Shown one piece after another: positions 63,041 to 64,000 of a stretch of DNA of 64,000 bases (the first letter of the stretch is position 1; each line of letters opens with the position of its first letter). The DNA is from Chiloscyllium plagiosum. Taxonomy: Eukaryota. A model generated the notes under the pieces. It was not told the DNA's origin, made no database searches, and saw only the letters and a list, made by a program, of their open reading frames with translations. The stretch covers positions 8,572,574 to 8,636,573 of the forward strand of contig NC_057730.1 in the NCBI RefSeq assembly GCF_004010195.1, in the 5' to 3' direction. The position numbers and the translations under genes were made by a program.

Positions 63041-63520
63041 AGCAGCCAGGTTTCTGGCTCTGTGGCTGAGAAGGGAAGGGGGAAGAATTGTGATAAAGCT
63101 ATGTGGCCTATTGTAACTGGTTTAGGCTGTAGCTTGATTTACATGCAGTAACAGTTTGTCATACAAGAACTTGGTATACTCATGTCTGTTTCTGTTGATT
63201 TCAACATATTTCATGTCTGTTGTATTGGCAGACATACTGTAGCACCAACTGTTCCACACCTCATACTGTTATTATCCATTTGGCCTCCTTTCAGAATAAC
63301 AACAAAATTATTTCCGAATTGTCTAAAACCTCTTTAAAATACACAATCATATAATGTTACAATAATAAAACAGCTGTGAGTAGTTTTGAACTTTTCTATT
63401 TTTATTTTAAGGTTTGTGATTGTTCAATTTAATTTGCTGATTTATCAATTTTTTTTTCTCTTATCGTGATACAGTAATGTATAGACTTAACGAGTTATGT
63501 ATTGCTTTGTTCTCTTGCAG

Positions 63521-63569
63521 TAAAATCTGTGTTCTTTGTAATCTGACCACAGTGCCAACAGATATAGAG
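63521..63569 (+). CDS. TSC2: TSC2 coding exon 6 (gene continues beyond the window)
   Basis: tctcttgcag|T...GAG|gttagt, 49 bp, phase fits. KICVLCNLTTVPTDIE. Confidence 0.9.
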
Positions 63570-64000
63570 GTTAGTGTCTGGTATTCAGTATGTACACAGC
63601 CTTATGTTACAATGGAGATTTTCAGTACTTGCCAGTTTTCAGCAGAGTATTTTAAATGATTTAGAAAGCTCCTTTAACTGCAAACATAAATCTGTGTAGT
63701 ATGCTATGTATTATTGTTTCATGTAAAACCTTCTGGGTAAATATAATGTACCTGTAAGTGTTTCTTTGGCAATTGAATCAGAATCTTAAATTAGATGAGT
63801 TGTTTACATTTCTGTGATTTTTTTTCATGTAGGCACTGTGAAGATATGAATTGATGTGAACTTGATTTCTGTTCCTTAAAATTGATACTTTTAGAGTAGT
63901 TAGCTTGCGTGATGAAGATGTGACTGTTTACATGTAACATTTTAATGTCACACTAGTAGAAGATGGAAACACAGGCTGCCAAGTGAGAATGTGTAATAGA

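Overview
This is vertebrate genomic DNA, not prokaryotic. The repeat content (HE1-type tRNA SINEs, CR1-clade LINEs, abundant Penelope-like elements) points to a cartilaginous fish such as a shark; that assignment is inference. The window holds the conserved NHERF2(SLC9A3R2)-NTHL1-TSC2 block. It contains the 3' coding exons of NHERF2 (+, 12264-18375), a complete five-coding-exon NTHL1 (-, 38774-26517, about 354 aa) and the 5' part of TSC2 (+, putative non-coding exon near 44.1 kb, coding exons 52017-63569, continuing past the window). All coding exons were delimited by hand from GT/AG sites and chain in frame. Most ORF-track entries are retroelement debris. The main non-genic signal is a set of Penelope-like (PLE) derivatives from three sequence families. 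They carry minimal hammerhead-ribozyme-like cores (CUGAUGA-N-stem II-GAAA-palindrome) and often form fold-back hairpins or inverted-terminus mini-elements with 10-16 bp target-site duplications. Also notable: NTHL1 and TSC2, which share a compact bidirectional promoter in human, appear here to have two separate CpG-rich promoters about 5 kb apart. Repeat boundaries are approximate and family names were assigned by eye without a database search.
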